Shown in pieces: positions 1 through 12,145 of a stretch of 45,086 nt of DNA. The stretch is from Octopus sinensis (Eukaryota), in assembly GCF_006345805.1 (NCBI RefSeq), contig NW_021834834.1, positions 1-45,086 on the forward strand, given 5' to 3'. How positions within the stretch are numbered: position 1 is the first letter of the stretch; each line of letters begins with the position of its first letter. A program made the translations under genes and the position numbers. Below the pieces are notes generated by a model, which saw only the letters and a program-made list of their open reading frames with translations, ran no database searches and was not told the origin of the DNA.

Positions 1-169
1 TTACTCATGAGCTCAAAAAAACAAACACGTCTGAACGATAGCTAAAACTGTGCTCTATAATTTGTTATTACCTAAACAGGCGATAACAGAAAATGACAAC
101 ACAATCACGAATGATTTGACGATGTAGAGCAATTGGGTTCAATTAAAAATTTTACATGATTATATAAAT

Positions 170-680
170 TATCGAATGACTAGACATGCACAAGGAAAGT
201 TTTTACAAATGGAGTGGGGCGGGTTTTATACGGACCCCACGAACGCCGCTACATCACAGACTTCAGTTTTTTTAAACTTATCTCGCATCCACGAGGGACC
301 ATTTATACGCAACATTCTTCCATCTTTCATCAAACACTTTCTTACTCAGGCATCTCCTCTCCAGCCCTATTTGTCATTTTAGGTGGAATATGAAGAAATC
401 CACCAGACCAGGACCAGAGATGAAGTTGCCTGACATCAACCCCCTCATCCTTATCTTCCATACTAGCTGTTTCGCAGTTGCTACCACAGAGAGAAAACAA
501 ATCTTACCTTCTTTCGTTAAGAAATCCGGCGGATTAATTTTCACTATAGATTCAGTCGTCAGCTGTACTCTTCCTCCACTTGACAACAGTTGTTAAGCAA
601 AAACCCACGCAGCTGACACCTCGGATGCTAACTGCCTTGTGTGATGTTCTGATGTCGCTTGGTCAGAAATGCAAGGGTAA
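170..680 (-). mobile_element. Degenerate 3' end of Tx1/L1-type LINE ORF2
   Basis: Minus-strand translation ...QLLSSGGRVQLTTESIVKINPP..FLSVVATAKQLVWKIRMRGL..NFISGPGLVDFFIFHLK*QIGLERRCLSKKVFDERWKNVA is colinear with the plus-strand copy at 3535-4700; it contains stops. Confidence 0.7.
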
Positions 681-1045
681 GTTTTCTAGCATTTTCTAAT
701 TTATAACTATTGGAATATTATGTTGATAAGGAAATGAGTTTTATAATTCTAATCCAGAAACGCGTCCATAATTAACCAAGACTGTTGATACATTATTTTC
801 CTTCTTTTTTGCCTGTGTGTGTTACAGAGAGGGTTATCTATGGAGTCATATATTGTAGCGAAAGAAATAACGGTCTTTTGGCTGCTATTTCTAAATGTTT
901 CGGTATGTGGTTAAGCAACTTGTTGCTAAATCCTTCATTATTGTTATAATTATATATAAAACTTCCTGTATAAGTTTTTACCGAGACTACTTGGTGAAAT
1001 TTATTAATTATAAATTAATAATCTTTTACCCTATATCTATAATGA

Positions 1046-1082
<37 letters not shown>

Positions 1083-1091
<9 letters not shown>

Positions 1092-1368
1092 ATCACGTGA
1101 CTGACCAGACCATCAGATGTTGCTACACATCGCTGGTCACAATGCGTTTGCATTGTTTTAGCCTTCGAATAACGCCACCCCGCGTCAGAAGAAAGAGTGA
1201 GAGAAAGGGTGGTGAAGGAGTACAGCAGGGATCACCACCCCCTGCCGGAGCCTCGTGGAGCTTTTAGGTGTCTTCGCTCAATAAACGCACACAACGCCCG
1301 GTCTGGGAATCGAAACCGCGATCCTACGACCGCGAGTCCGCTGCCTTACCCACTGAGCCATTGCGCCT

Positions 1369-1370
<2 letters not shown>
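1083..1370 (-). mobile_element. tRNA-derived SINE between (TA)n tracts
   Basis: Reverse complement begins GGAGGCGCAATGGCTCAGTGG (A box) ... GGTTTCGATTCCC (B box), followed by a non-tRNA body; flanked by (TA)n. Confidence 0.85.
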
Positions 1371-1411
<41 letters not shown>

Positions 1412-1413
1412 GT

Positions 1414-1447
<34 letters not shown>

Positions 1448-1476
1448 ATAGATAGATAGATAGATAGTTAGATAGG

Positions 1477-1516
<40 letters not shown>

Positions 1517-1572
1517 AAGAGAAATAGGTAGATGTACAAGATACACACACACACACACACACATGTATGTAT
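1371..1572. repeat. Compound microsatellite (TA)n/(TG)n/(GATA)n/(CA)n
   Basis: Directly visible. Confidence 0.95.
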
Positions 1573-1573
1573 G

Positions 1574-1702
1574 TACGACAGGCGTCTTTCAGTTTTCGTC
1601 AACGAAAACCTCTCACAAGGCTCTGGTAGGCCCGAGGTGTCAGGCAGTGAGACTGAACTCGGGAGCGCGTGGTTGGAAAACAAGCTTCCTATCACGCAGC
1701 CA
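1574..1702 (-). mobile_element. Internally deleted tRNA-derived SINE fragment (same family as 2450-2612)
   Basis: Shares ..gtctttcagttt..ctcacaaggct.tggt.ggcccgagg..gaactcgg..gtggttggaa..caagcttcct with the other copies in the window. Confidence 0.7.
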
Positions 1703-1704
1703 AT

Positions 1705-2338
1705 AAAAATACTATTTTGTAGGTGGTCTAATGTCACGCTAGAAATAACAGCCAAGTGGCCTGAAACTTGCGTTGTCTTTCATATAACACCGGAGGACAC
1801 TTTAAGAAGTATTTGAACGATATATTAAGCTCTGTAAAAATATTTTCATGCAGGTGTTCTCAAGTCATGCTAGAAATAACAGCGAAGTGTTCAGTAAATT
1901 GCGTTGTCTTTCACATAACATTGAAGGACCCTTTTCGAAGCATCTGTAAATCTCGTCATACAAGTGGTTTCACATTATGCTAGAAATAATAGCCAAGTAC
2001 ACTGAAATTGCATTGTTACCATGAAAGATTGAATGACATGAACAATCCTCTGTACAAATATTTTCTTGCGAGTGTTCTCACATCATGCTAAAGATAACAG
2101 CCAAATACCTGGAAAATTGCGTTTTCCATTATATGAGAGTGAAGGACAATTGGAGAATCGTCTGTCAAAATATTACCCCACGGATGGTGTGGCATTATGT
2201 TAAAAAACATCAGCCAAGTACCCTGTAATTTGTATTTCATAAGCAAATGGAGGCTACTTGAAGTAGCATCCGTAAAAATATTGTCCCATTGGTAGCCTCT
2301 CATGATGCTAGAAATAACAGCCAAGTGCCCTGAAATGA
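1705..2338. repeat. Diverged ~110-bp tandem array, about 6 units
   Basis: Core (cat)GCTAGAAATAACAGCCAAG recurs near 1738, 1869, 1979, 2087, 2198 and 2307. Confidence 0.8.
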
Positions 2339-2449
2339 AAATTCTTTATTAGAAGCGCCTGTTTTCTCTCTCAGCTGATACTCCCCCTCTCTCTCTAAGT
2401 ACACACACACACACTTACACAGACACTCGCGTGCGCACATATGCGCACA

Positions 2450-2612
2450 TACGGCGGGCTTCTTTCAGTTTCCGTCTACCAAATCCACTCACAAAGCTTT
2501 GGTCGGCCCGAGGCAATAGAAGAAGACACTTTCCCATGCTGCCATGCAGTGGAACTGAACTGGAAACCATGTGTTTGGGAAGCAAGTGTGTCACCACACA
2601 GCCGCACCCATA
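2450..2612 (-). mobile_element. tRNA-derived SINE (head and core)
   Basis: gggcttctttcagtttccgtctaccaaatccactcacaaagctttggtcggcccgagg...ggaactgaactggaaaccatgtg...accacacagccgcacc; the family recurs many times in the window. Confidence 0.8.
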
Positions 2613-2820
2613 TACAGACACATTTCATGGTCGCAATCTGCCTGCCCCTTCCCCCCTTCTCACTCTCCCTCTCAGCCTTTTCCTTCATCTCTCTCTCTCT
2701 CTCACCTTATTCTATATTACAGAATATTCTAGCTTTCTTACTTTCTCTCTCCCTCCCACTCTCACTCTATCTGTCTCTCTCTTATTTACTCTTCCCTTTT
2801 TTATCTAAGGGGTAGTACTA

Positions 2821-3220
2821 AGAATGGTTGTATACTGTCAATCTAACACGAACGTGACAGTAGGGGGGTGCACCACCGCTTTTTAGCCCTAGGAAGCCTC
2901 GACGCCTCCTGATGGCTTTGACACATTTTACCTGTGTCCTTATATACATTTACGAAGGGGAGACAAACACCTCCGGCCGCCCGGGCTGCATCTAGGGACA
3001 CGTATTTCAGGATGATTGTCCTTCGTCGGCCTGAAACATGTGTCCTTAGATGCAGCCCGGGCGGTCGGGGATGTTTGTCTCCCCTTCGTAAACGTATATA
3101 AGGACACAGGTAAAATGTGTCAAAGCCATCAGGAGGCGTCGAGGCTTCCTAGGGCTAAAAAGCGGTGGTGCACCCCCCTACTGTCACGTTCGTGTTAGAT
3201 TGACAGTATACAACCATTCT
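2821..3220. mobile_element. 400-bp palindromic (foldback/MITE-like) element
   Basis: 2821-3011 is the reverse complement of 3030-3220, with an 18-nt loop; the outer 120 bp match perfectly. Confidence 0.7.
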
Positions 3221-3329
3221 ATCGCCCCACCACCGTACATGTCTCTACGAGAGATTTAGAAATTTAGTATTTCTGAAGTACTAAGAGTTACCTCCCTTTT
3301 CCCCAAATTTTAATTGTAATATCTGCAGT

Positions 3330-3445
3330 CATTAGACGGCGGCCTTGCTGGAGCACCGCCTCGAAGAAATTTTAGACGAACAAACCGACCCCAGGACTTA
3401 TATATTTTTGGGGGATAAACCTGGCACTTATTTCATCTGTCTATT
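3330..3445 (+). mobile_element. SINE 3' body fragment
   Basis: gcggccttgctggagcaccgcct...gaccccaggactta...ctggcacttattt resembles the tails of the SINEs at 25525-25905 and 36706-37075. Confidence 0.6.
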
Positions 3446-3534
3446 AGGCACACATACACAGGCACACGTGCGCACACACACGCACGCACAGGCACAGGCA
3501 CACACACACACATACACACACACACACCCGTATC

Positions 3535-4700
3535 GGGATTACCCTGATTCCTGAAGCTGGTGCACTTGCTCTTCTGCTTTCAGCGGAAGGGACCTGTTCC
3601 GCCTGTCATACGGTCCATCTGCTGCCAACAGCCGCTGAGTGGAAGACCAGGTATTCTATGCCTAGTGATGCGCAGACATGCACTGAGGCTGCGGCATCTC
3701 TAGCATTTTCTTAACTGTGAACAGGTGTGGTCGCCGTTTGTCACACGGGATTTGCTGCAGTTCGCTTATTGACGGAGCTGCAGTCCTGGATCAACAGCAG
3801 GCCAAGACAGGGCCCTTGGCACCGGGAGTGCCGGAAAGCACTCACAGCTTTCTGCCAGTCGGGCAACACGCTCGGCAGAAATTCCCCAATGGAATTCTAT
3901 AGGAAATTAGTGGCAGAAAAGAGCGACGACGTTGTCGGGGAAACTTGGGTGTCGGGGGAATCAATGAACTGATCTTCTCCGGAGGACTTTCAAGCCGGGG
4001 TCCATGGGTAACTTCCAGAAATCCTTGGCCTGGCATTACTACCGGGGAGCTTTGCCGGTTCCAGACAAGCATTACGGACACAGAAGAACTCTCAGACGGA
4101 CCTGTCAAACGTGTGCGCTGGACGACGAAATCGTCCGGTGTGCACTCGTCTAGTGTCCGTGCATTACTAACTTTGTCGAGCAGCTGTTGTTGTGTGTAGG
4201 ACGGATCTGGTTATCAGCAGAGTCCATTGTGAGGTCCACCTCGCCGCCTTCGTTTGGCCGAGAGGGAAAATCGGTTTTCCTCTGTCTGCTAGCGAAAGAG
4301 ATAGTGTGGTAGACAAGTTTCAAAGGACTGAAGACAAATAGTTTCCTCTTCGGCCAAGACCTCATCGACTTTTTCAAGTTCAACCTGAAAAAGAAACGTT
4401 AGTTTAGAGGGAGAAGTTCTGCTCCCTAGTAAATTTGTCGAAAGGTGGGTGAATGTGACGAGGATGACCCGTGTGAATGGGCCTACACAGAAATTTCATT
4501 TGTAAACCGGAGGAGTTTGAGGAGAGATGCGGCTGTCGATGTGCATCTGGCGGTCGGGAAAAGCAGAATGTGGAGGGTTCCTCGGTTGTTCTTGTGAGGA
4601 AGACCCCGCTTCTGGGGAATTTTATCGTCTAGTTATGTTAATTGTTTTTGCTACTAATTGTATACACGGCATGTTCAACACGCCACTTGTCCCTTGTAGT
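3535..4700 (+). mobile_element. 5'-truncated Tx1/L1-type LINE (ORF2 C-terminus and 3' UTR), pseudogenised
   Basis: Translation CCQQPLSGRPG..MRRHALRLRHL*...GNFQKSLAWHYYRGALPV...CQTCALDDEIVRCALV*CP...FLCLLAKEIVW*...FFKFNLKKK shows a zf-RVT-like region and a decayed Cys/His knuckle; it ends at a (TATG)n/(TA)n tract. Confidence 0.75.
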
Positions 4701-4731
4701 ATGTATGTATGTATATGTATGTGCATGTATG

Positions 4732-4763
<32 letters not shown>

Positions 4764-4797
4764 TGTATGTATATATATATGTGTATATATATGTATA

Positions 4798-4840
<43 letters not shown>

Positions 4841-4863
4841 GGAGATGTGGAACACGTGTTGTG

Positions 4864-5584
4864 ATATATAAAAAAAGGAAATGAAGAAAATGCTGACAAA
4901 ATAATTCAAGTAAGGGAGAGTGTATTTAATTAGGTGAAAGTTCTTTTTTTAAACAAAAAAAGGGAAAATTGGGTTAGAATACAATGTTCATTTTTTGTGA
5001 ATGATTTCAGTGTATAAGAAAAAAAGTAAGAGTATTTTACAGTGTTCTGTTTCAGAATAAGATAATTAGTAAAAGCGTGTAATATACAGTTTTTTGTGGA
5101 AAAGTTCAATGTCAGATTTCAGTGTAGGATAAAAAAAGTAAGAGTTTACCGGTTGCACATTTGTTATGCTTATCAAAAGATATTTTGAGTGAGATAGAAG
5201 TTCCTTTCTGATTGTTTTTTTTCTCTTATCAGATAAGAAAAAAAAACAATCAGAAAGGAACTTCTATCTCACTCAAAATATCTTTTGATAAGCATAACAA
5301 ATGTGCAACCGGTAAACTCTTACTTTTTTTATCCTACACTGAAATCTGACATTGAACTTTTCCACAAAAAACTGTATATTACACGCTTTTACTAATTATC
5401 TTATTCTGAAACAGAACACTGTAAAATACTCTTACTTTTTTTCTTATACACTGAAATCATTCACAAAAAATGAACATTGTATTCTAACCCAATTTTTCTC
5501 TCTTTTTGTTTAGAAAAAGAACTTTCACCTAATTAAATACACTCTCCCTTACTTAAATTATTTTGTCAGCATTTTCTTCATTTC

Positions 5585-5595
<11 letters not shown>
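4864..5595. mobile_element. ~730-bp foldback palindrome flanked by TA repeats
   Basis: The arms pivot on TCTTATC-A-GATAAGA (5224-5238); the inner arms look identical and a few mismatches lie near the outer ends. Confidence 0.7.
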
Positions 5596-5622
<27 letters not shown>

Positions 5623-5719
5623 TATATATTATATATATATCATAATATCATAATAATAATAATAAGACGAATAAGGATAATATTATATATATATATATAT
5701 TATATATATATATATATAT

Positions 5720-7875
5720 AGTTCCCCAATGTGGAATGGCTTGGGGGCAGATGCTCCCAGGGATGACACACCATCAGCAGGCACAGGCAGAGTCCCTGCT
5801 CCATCTCATAAATGCCTCTTTCATGGAGCAAATTGTGCTGCAACCAACCAGGGCACATAATATACTGGATCTCTGCATCACAAACAATATGGACATTATC
5901 AATAATGTTTAAGTGATGCCGACATTGGTCTCGGATCACAACATAATAGAGCTGTCTATGTATGGACCAAAAGCTCCAGCATAAGCAAAGTCTATACGAA
6001 GCATCCACAATCTCTCCAAACTAAACTTTCATAAAGCAAATTGGAAGTTGATTGAGAAAGAGATCCCCAAACAGGATTAGACTAAATGTCCTTCCATACC
6101 ATGAAATACAAACGTTTCATGTCCATAATACTAGCCATATGTGACAAATATGTCCCAGTGTGCAGGTCCAGCACAAACAAAAACAGGATCCCGAGAGAAA
6201 GGAAGATTCTTATGAGACGGACAAGGTTTGCGAACCGCCCGAGCAAGCTCACCAAAAATGGTGAAAAGTCTCGCCTCGAGAGAATGCTAATGGAAATTGA
6301 GAAAAGTCTGCATCAGTCTCATGAAAAGGAGAGAGCAGATAAAGAAGCTTGGGTAATAGAAAATATAAAATCAAATCCTAAAGCTTTCTTTAAGTTTGCC
6401 AAAGAGACAGCCACAGTGCGTCAGAGGATAGGACCTCTCTTCCAAAAAGATGGTTCCCTCACAGGAAATCCCACGAGGATAAGTGAAATACTGAAAGAAC
6501 AGTTCCAAAGGGTGTTCACTACACCTCTAGGACACAGGCAAGTAAACAACCCAGAAGAATTCTTTGCCACTTTACCTGTAGCCAAAGAGGCAAAAATTGA
6601 GTACATCAACATTGAAGATGATGATATCACACTCGCCATAGATGAGATTGACACAAACTCAGCTGCTGGTCCTGATGGATTTCCAGCGATCCTTCTCAAA
6701 TCGTGCAAACGAGCCCTTGCAAAACCGCTAGAGCTCCCTTTTCAGAGCTTTCTTGCAAGTGGTAAGCTCCCAGTCAAATTGAAAGAAGGGGTAATATGCC
6801 CTATCCATAAGGGAGGTAGCAGAGCAGATGCTAAAAATTATAGGCCTATCTCTCTGACCTCACTCATCAGCAAAGTCATGGAACGAATAGTCCGTAAGAA
6901 ACTAATCATGTTCCTTGAAGAAAATGACTTGCTGTCTGACACCCAGCATGGATTTCGACCAGGTAGAAGCTGTCTAAAACAACTCCTGCAACACTATGAC
7001 TGGGTGTTAAAACAGCTACTAAATGGCTCAAATGTGGATGTAATAGATCTCGACTTTGCAAAAGCCTTTGATAAAGTGGACCATGGTATGATCTGTCACA
7101 AACTGCGTGGTCTCGGCATAGGCAGAAAACTTGGAGAGTGGCTGCACAACTTCCTAAAAGACAGAAAACAGGCAGTTGTGAGCAATGGAGCCACCTCCAA
7201 GGAAACGCAAATAACAAGCGGTGTCCCACAGGGCACTGTCTTGGGGCCACTGATGTTCATAGTGGCCCTTTCAGACATGCTCTTAGTTGCTAAGATGGCC
7301 ACTGTTGCTAGCTATGCAGATGACACAAAAGTCTCTCACGCAATGCAAAACCCTGGAAATATTGCACATCTGCAACGGGAGTTGGATACAACATACAGGT
7401 GGGCTGAGGACAACATCATGCAGTTTAATGGAGGTAAGTTCCAAGCCCTGCGCACAAAGGTGAACGACATGCAGACTGGATACACTGGCCCGGGAAGAAT
7501 TGTAATTCCTGAGTCAAACTCAGTGCGTGACCTGGGCATTGACATGAGCAATGATGCATCTTTAAAAGTGTATATTACTAATTTGGTAATAAAATGCAGA
7601 CGGCTAACCGGATGGATTCTCCGAACTTTCAGAACAGTAGAGAAGGAGACACTGATGGCCCTCTGAAAACATTCGTCCTCAGCCACTTGGACTACTGCTC
7701 CCAACTATGGTCACCACACAATATAAAGTTAACAGCAGAACTCGAAGCAATCCAACAAAGCTGCACAAGAAGATCCTCTCAATGCAACATATCAGCTACT
7801 GGGAAAGACTGAAAGTACTAAAATTCTTCTCCGTGGAGCGAAGGCGGGAGAGATATGCGGTGATATACATCTGGT
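5720..7875 (+). mobile_element. 5'-truncated CR1/L2-group (APE-RT) LINE
   Basis: APE C-terminal motif PTR..NILDL...SDH at ~5840-5950; RT motifs in 6086-7666; after the stop the C-terminus continues as KTFVLSHLDYCSQLWSP..ERRRERY..IYIW. Confidence 0.85.
6086..7666 (+). pseudogene. Reverse transcriptase of CR1-like LINE (ORF2 part; premature TGA at 7664)
   Basis: AAGPDGF, NYRPISLTS, QHGFRPGRSC, DFAKAFDKVDH, GVPQGTVLGP, YADDT. Confidence 0.9.
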
Positions 7876-8049
7876 GGGTTAGATAGTCGATTACATGGAC
7901 CTCAGGACATAACTGGTACTAAATTTATAGACCTCGAAATGATGGAAACCGAAGTTGACCTCGGGAAATTTGAACTCGGAACGTAAAGATGAGCGAAATA
8001 CCACCAAGAATTTTGCCCGGCGTGCTATCGATTCTGCCACCTCGCCGCC
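7876..8049 (-). mobile_element. tRNA-like SINE (second family), 3'-truncated
   Basis: Reverse complement aggcggcgaggtggcagaatcg...gagttcaaatt; same family as 21066-21310 and 35635-35845. Confidence 0.75.
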
Positions 8050-8052
8050 TTA

Positions 8053-8120
<68 letters not shown>

Positions 8121-8423
8121 AATAATAATAATAGTAATAAAAATTAAAATAATAATAATAATAATAATAATAGTAATAATAATAATAACAATAATGATGA
8201 TGATGATGATGAGATGATGATAATAATAAAATAATATAATAATAGTATAATAATAATAATGATGATGATGATGATAATAATAATAATAATAATAGTAATA
8301 ATAATAATAGTAATAATAATGACAATAATAATAATAATAATATGAGTAATAATAATAATAATAATAGTAATGATAATAATAATAATAATGATGATGATAA
8401 TAATAATAATAATAATAATAATA

Positions 8424-8454
<31 letters not shown>

Positions 8455-8523
8455 TTAATAATAATAATAATGACAATAATGATAATAATAATAATATGAG
8501 AAATAATAATAATAATAATAATA

Positions 8524-8575
<52 letters not shown>

Positions 8576-8597
8576 TAATAATAGTAATAATAATAAG
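8050..8597. repeat. (TAA)n/(TGA)n microsatellite
   Basis: Directly visible. Confidence 0.97.
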
Positions 8598-8938
8598 TGA
8601 AGGCGCATGGCTCAGTGGTTAGAGCGTCGAGCTTACGATCGTGAGGTTGTGAGCTCGAATCCCGGACCGGGCTGCGTGTTGTGTTCTTGAGCAAGGCACT
8701 TTATTTCACGTTGCTCCAGTTCACTCAGCTGTAGAAATGAGTTGCGACGTCACAAGTGCCAAGCTGTATCGACCTTTGTCTTTCCCTTGGATAACACTGG
8801 TGGCGTGGAGAGGGGAGGCCGGTATGCATGGGCGACTACTAGTCTTCCATAAACACCTGCCCGGACTGGTGTCTAGGAGGGTAAATTTCTAGGTGCAATC
8901 ACATGGTCATTCATGACTGAAGGGGGTCTTTACCCTTC
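8598..8938 (+). mobile_element. Apparently full-length tRNA-derived SINE with a CORE/Meta-like central domain, inside (TAA)n
   Basis: A box TGGCTCAGTGG, B-box-like GCTCGAATCCC, then gtgttcttgagcaaggcacttt..cagctgtagaaatg. Confidence 0.8.
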
Positions 8939-8939
8939 C

Positions 8940-8949
8940 AATAATAATA

Positions 8950-8985
<36 letters not shown>

Positions 8986-9162
8986 TAATAATAATAATAA
9001 TAATGTTTAATAATATAATAATAATAATAATGTTTAATAATAATAATAATAATGATGATAATAATAATGATAATAATAATAATAATAATAATAATAATAG
9101 TAATAATAATAACAATAATAATAATAATAATAATGATGATGATGAGGATAATAATAATAATA

Positions 9163-9206
<44 letters not shown>

Positions 9207-9361
9207 AATAGTAGTAATAATAATAATGATGATAATAATAATAATAATAATAATAATTAATAATAATAATAATAATGAAAATAATAATAATAATAATAAT
9301 ATGAGTAATAATAATAATAATAATAATAATTATAATAATAGTAATAATAATAATAATAATA

Positions 9362-9435
<74 letters not shown>

Positions 9436-9497
9436 AATAATAATAATGATGATAATAATAATAATAATGATAATAATAATAGTAATAATAATAATAA
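8940..9497. repeat. (TAA)n/(TGA)n microsatellite
   Basis: Directly visible. Confidence 0.97.
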
Positions 9498-11959
9498 AAT
9501 AAGATAAAAAAAGATAAAATTCCTAACTTCTGGCTGAATGCCTCCCAGAGAGCCATGAACTGCTAACAGAACTGTACAATGATGTTTTCACACCCTAGTA
9601 GGATGCCTCCTTGGCTAGTTAATGGGGTAACATTCCTGCTTCCAAAAAGTGAAGAAACAAATGAACCAAAAAACTATAGACCCATAACCTGCTTAACACT
9701 ATGTACAAAACACTAACATCTGTCCTGACGGAATATACCTATAGTTTTTTAACAGACAGCAGCATATTCCCTAATGAACAGAAAGGATGTAAACGTGGAT
9801 CCTACGGCTGTAAAGACCAACTACTCATCAATAAGATGATCTTAGAAGATTGTCACAAACGACACAAAACTTTATCAATTGCCTGGATAGACTATAAAAA
9901 GGCTTTTGATAGCCTACCACATAGCTGGATTAGGAAATGCCTTGAAATGTATAAGATAGCACCAACTCTGCGAAACTTCTTTACTGTAAGTATGAGATCA
10001 TGGAGAACCACACTAACTCTGAACAGTGACAGTGAATCCCTAAATGCTGGTGATGTAAATTTCGTGTGGCATTTTCCAGGGTGACTCACTGTCACCACTC
10101 CTCTTTTGTTTATCCTTAATACCTCTCTCAAAGCTGCTCAATGATGCGCAGTACGGGTATAAAATGTTTGATAAAAATATAAATCATCTCGTTTACATGG
10201 ATGATTTAAAGCTTTTTGCAAAAAATGATCAACAACTCAAGGGCTTACTAGCGATAGTCAAACAATTCAGTGACGACATCAGAATGCAATTCGGCCTCGA
10301 TAAATGTGCAAAGGCTTCCTTTATCAAAGGAAAATGACAGAAACATCTAACGTTAACCTTGACCAACAGAATGTCATAAAAGAACTAGACCCAGCGGAGA
10401 GCTACAAGTACCTAGGGATAATTGAAGGGAACGGAATAAGGCATTCAGAGATGAAGGAAAGGATCAGGAGAGAATGCTATCGAAGAATGAGAGCAATACT
10501 CAAGACAGAGCTGAATGCAAGAAACAGGATCGAAGCAATCAATGCATTAGCTATACCAGTCGTGACTTACAGTTTCAATATTGTTAACTGGTCAATTACT
10601 GAAATATGTCAGCTCGACAGAAAAATAAGGAAACTGTTGACAATGCATAGAATGCACCACCCTAAGGCAGATACAGAACGACTCTATCTGCCAAGAAAAG
10701 AGGGAGGCCGTGGTCTTTTGCAACTGGCAATAACAATGAAGATTGCTACAATTGCCTAGACACCTACCTGAAAAACTCTGAGGACTGGATGCTAAAACTT
10801 GTCTCAAAACATGAAAACAAGAAAGCATCATACTCAGTCACAAAACAGGCAAGGAATATCTAAGTGAATTCCGAATACAACCAATTTCGGAATTAGAGAT
10901 AGATATACAAGAAACAAGCACAGAAAAAGCTAGGCGCATGAAAACCGTGCCAAAACTGCGGCCTTAGATATTCTGAATAATAAATGGCAAGAAAAACCTC
11001 TCTATGGCAAATACCCAAAGAGAGCGAATAATGCAGATATCGACAAAGCCCTGACCCATCAATGGCTAATGGCCTCTGGCTTAAAATCTGAAACAGAGGG
11101 GTTTATCATAGCAGCTCAAGATCAATGCCTACCAACAAGAAACTACCAGGCCAACATATTAAAGATCAGAAGCAGTCCAACGTGTCGTGTATGCAAGCAA
11201 CAAAATGAAACCATTGACCATGTGGTCTCCAAGTGCAGTCTTCTAGCGCCTACAGAGTATCTCAACAGGCACGATAGAGCTGCACAATATATTCACTGGG
11301 TAATCTGTAAAAACCTGGATTTGCCCCATGAAAAAAACTGGTGGGAACACAAACCACCCCCAGTGCTTGAAAATGACCACATCTGGAACTTCACCATTCA
11401 AACTGACAGGAAGATAGATGCAAATAGGCCAGACATCATATTGAAAAACTTCAAACAAAGAACATGCCTCCTCATTGATATGACTGTCCCAATCGATATA
11501 AACGTATCTGTCAAGACCTACCAAAAACTGAGCAAATATAAAGATCTTGAAATAGAAATCAGCAAAATGTGGAAGCTGAAGACTAAAACAATACCTGTTG
11601 TCATAGGCCCCCTGGGAATGATAGCAAAAGGGGCTGATAGCTACCTAACTCAGATACCAGGAACCCCAAAATGGCAGAAGTTCAAAAGATAGTGCTCATG
11701 GGAACTGCTCATATCCTACGCAAAATACTCTCTATGTAATCTCAAGGTTTAAAACAAACATAATTTTCGGTTTAAAAAAAAAAAAAAAAAAAAAAACCTT
11801 TGTTTTTTAGACATTCGTTAGTACAACATCCCCACCCCCCAAATATATGGCACACTAGGCATAACAACAACATGAACTTCCAACCCTGTTGTCTCTTGAG
11901 TCTCTCTGGGTGAGACTTGGAGCCAACTTGTACAAATATAAAGCAAAAGTCAAACATAG
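9498..11959 (+). mobile_element. 5'-truncated Dong/R4-clade non-LTR retrotransposon (RT plus C-terminal RLE), frameshifted; subfamily A
   Basis: ORFs 9701-10084, 10304-10759 and 11069-11692 give EQKGC..GCKDQLLI, WIDYKKAFDS, YMDDLKL, RLYLPRKEGGRGL, CRVC..ETIDHV..C, RHD, ANRPDI..IDMTVP..K..KY; (TAA)n on both sides. Confidence 0.9.
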
Positions 11960-12057
11960 AATAATAATAATAATAATTGTAATAATAATAATAATAATAA
12001 TAATACTAGTAATAATAATAATATAATAATAAAAAATAATAATGTTTAATAATAATA

Positions 12058-12088
<31 letters not shown>

Positions 12089-12145
12089 GTTTATAATAAT
12101 AATAATAATAATAATAAATAATAAAATAATAATAATGATAATAAT
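11960..12145. repeat. (TAA)n-rich tract
   Basis: Directly visible. Confidence 0.95.

Noticed and set aside
880-945. gcaacttgttgctaaatcctt resembles the PLE terminal repeat end (ccgctaaatcctt)
   Set aside because: The match is too short and there is no hammerhead core nearby on either strand.
1705-2338. CRISPR-like repeat-spacer appearance
   Set aside because: Spacers are ~90 bp and homologous to each other, repeats are degenerate, there are no cas genes, and the context is eukaryotic.
170-4700. Two Tx1-like fragments in opposite orientation as ends of one composite element
   Set aside because: They are diverged from each other, separated by unrelated SINEs and repeats, and share no TSD; independent insertions are more likely.
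8598-8680. tRNA genes at SINE heads (also 1295-1370 and others)
   Set aside because: A and B boxes are present, but they run into SINE bodies without a complete cloverleaf or acceptor stem.
8050-9556. Long ORFs of poly-N/I/L/Y/D/H, and similar YI/CV/HT-repeat ORFs across the window
   Set aside because: They are translations of (TAA)n, (TGA)n, (TA)n and (CA)n microsatellites.
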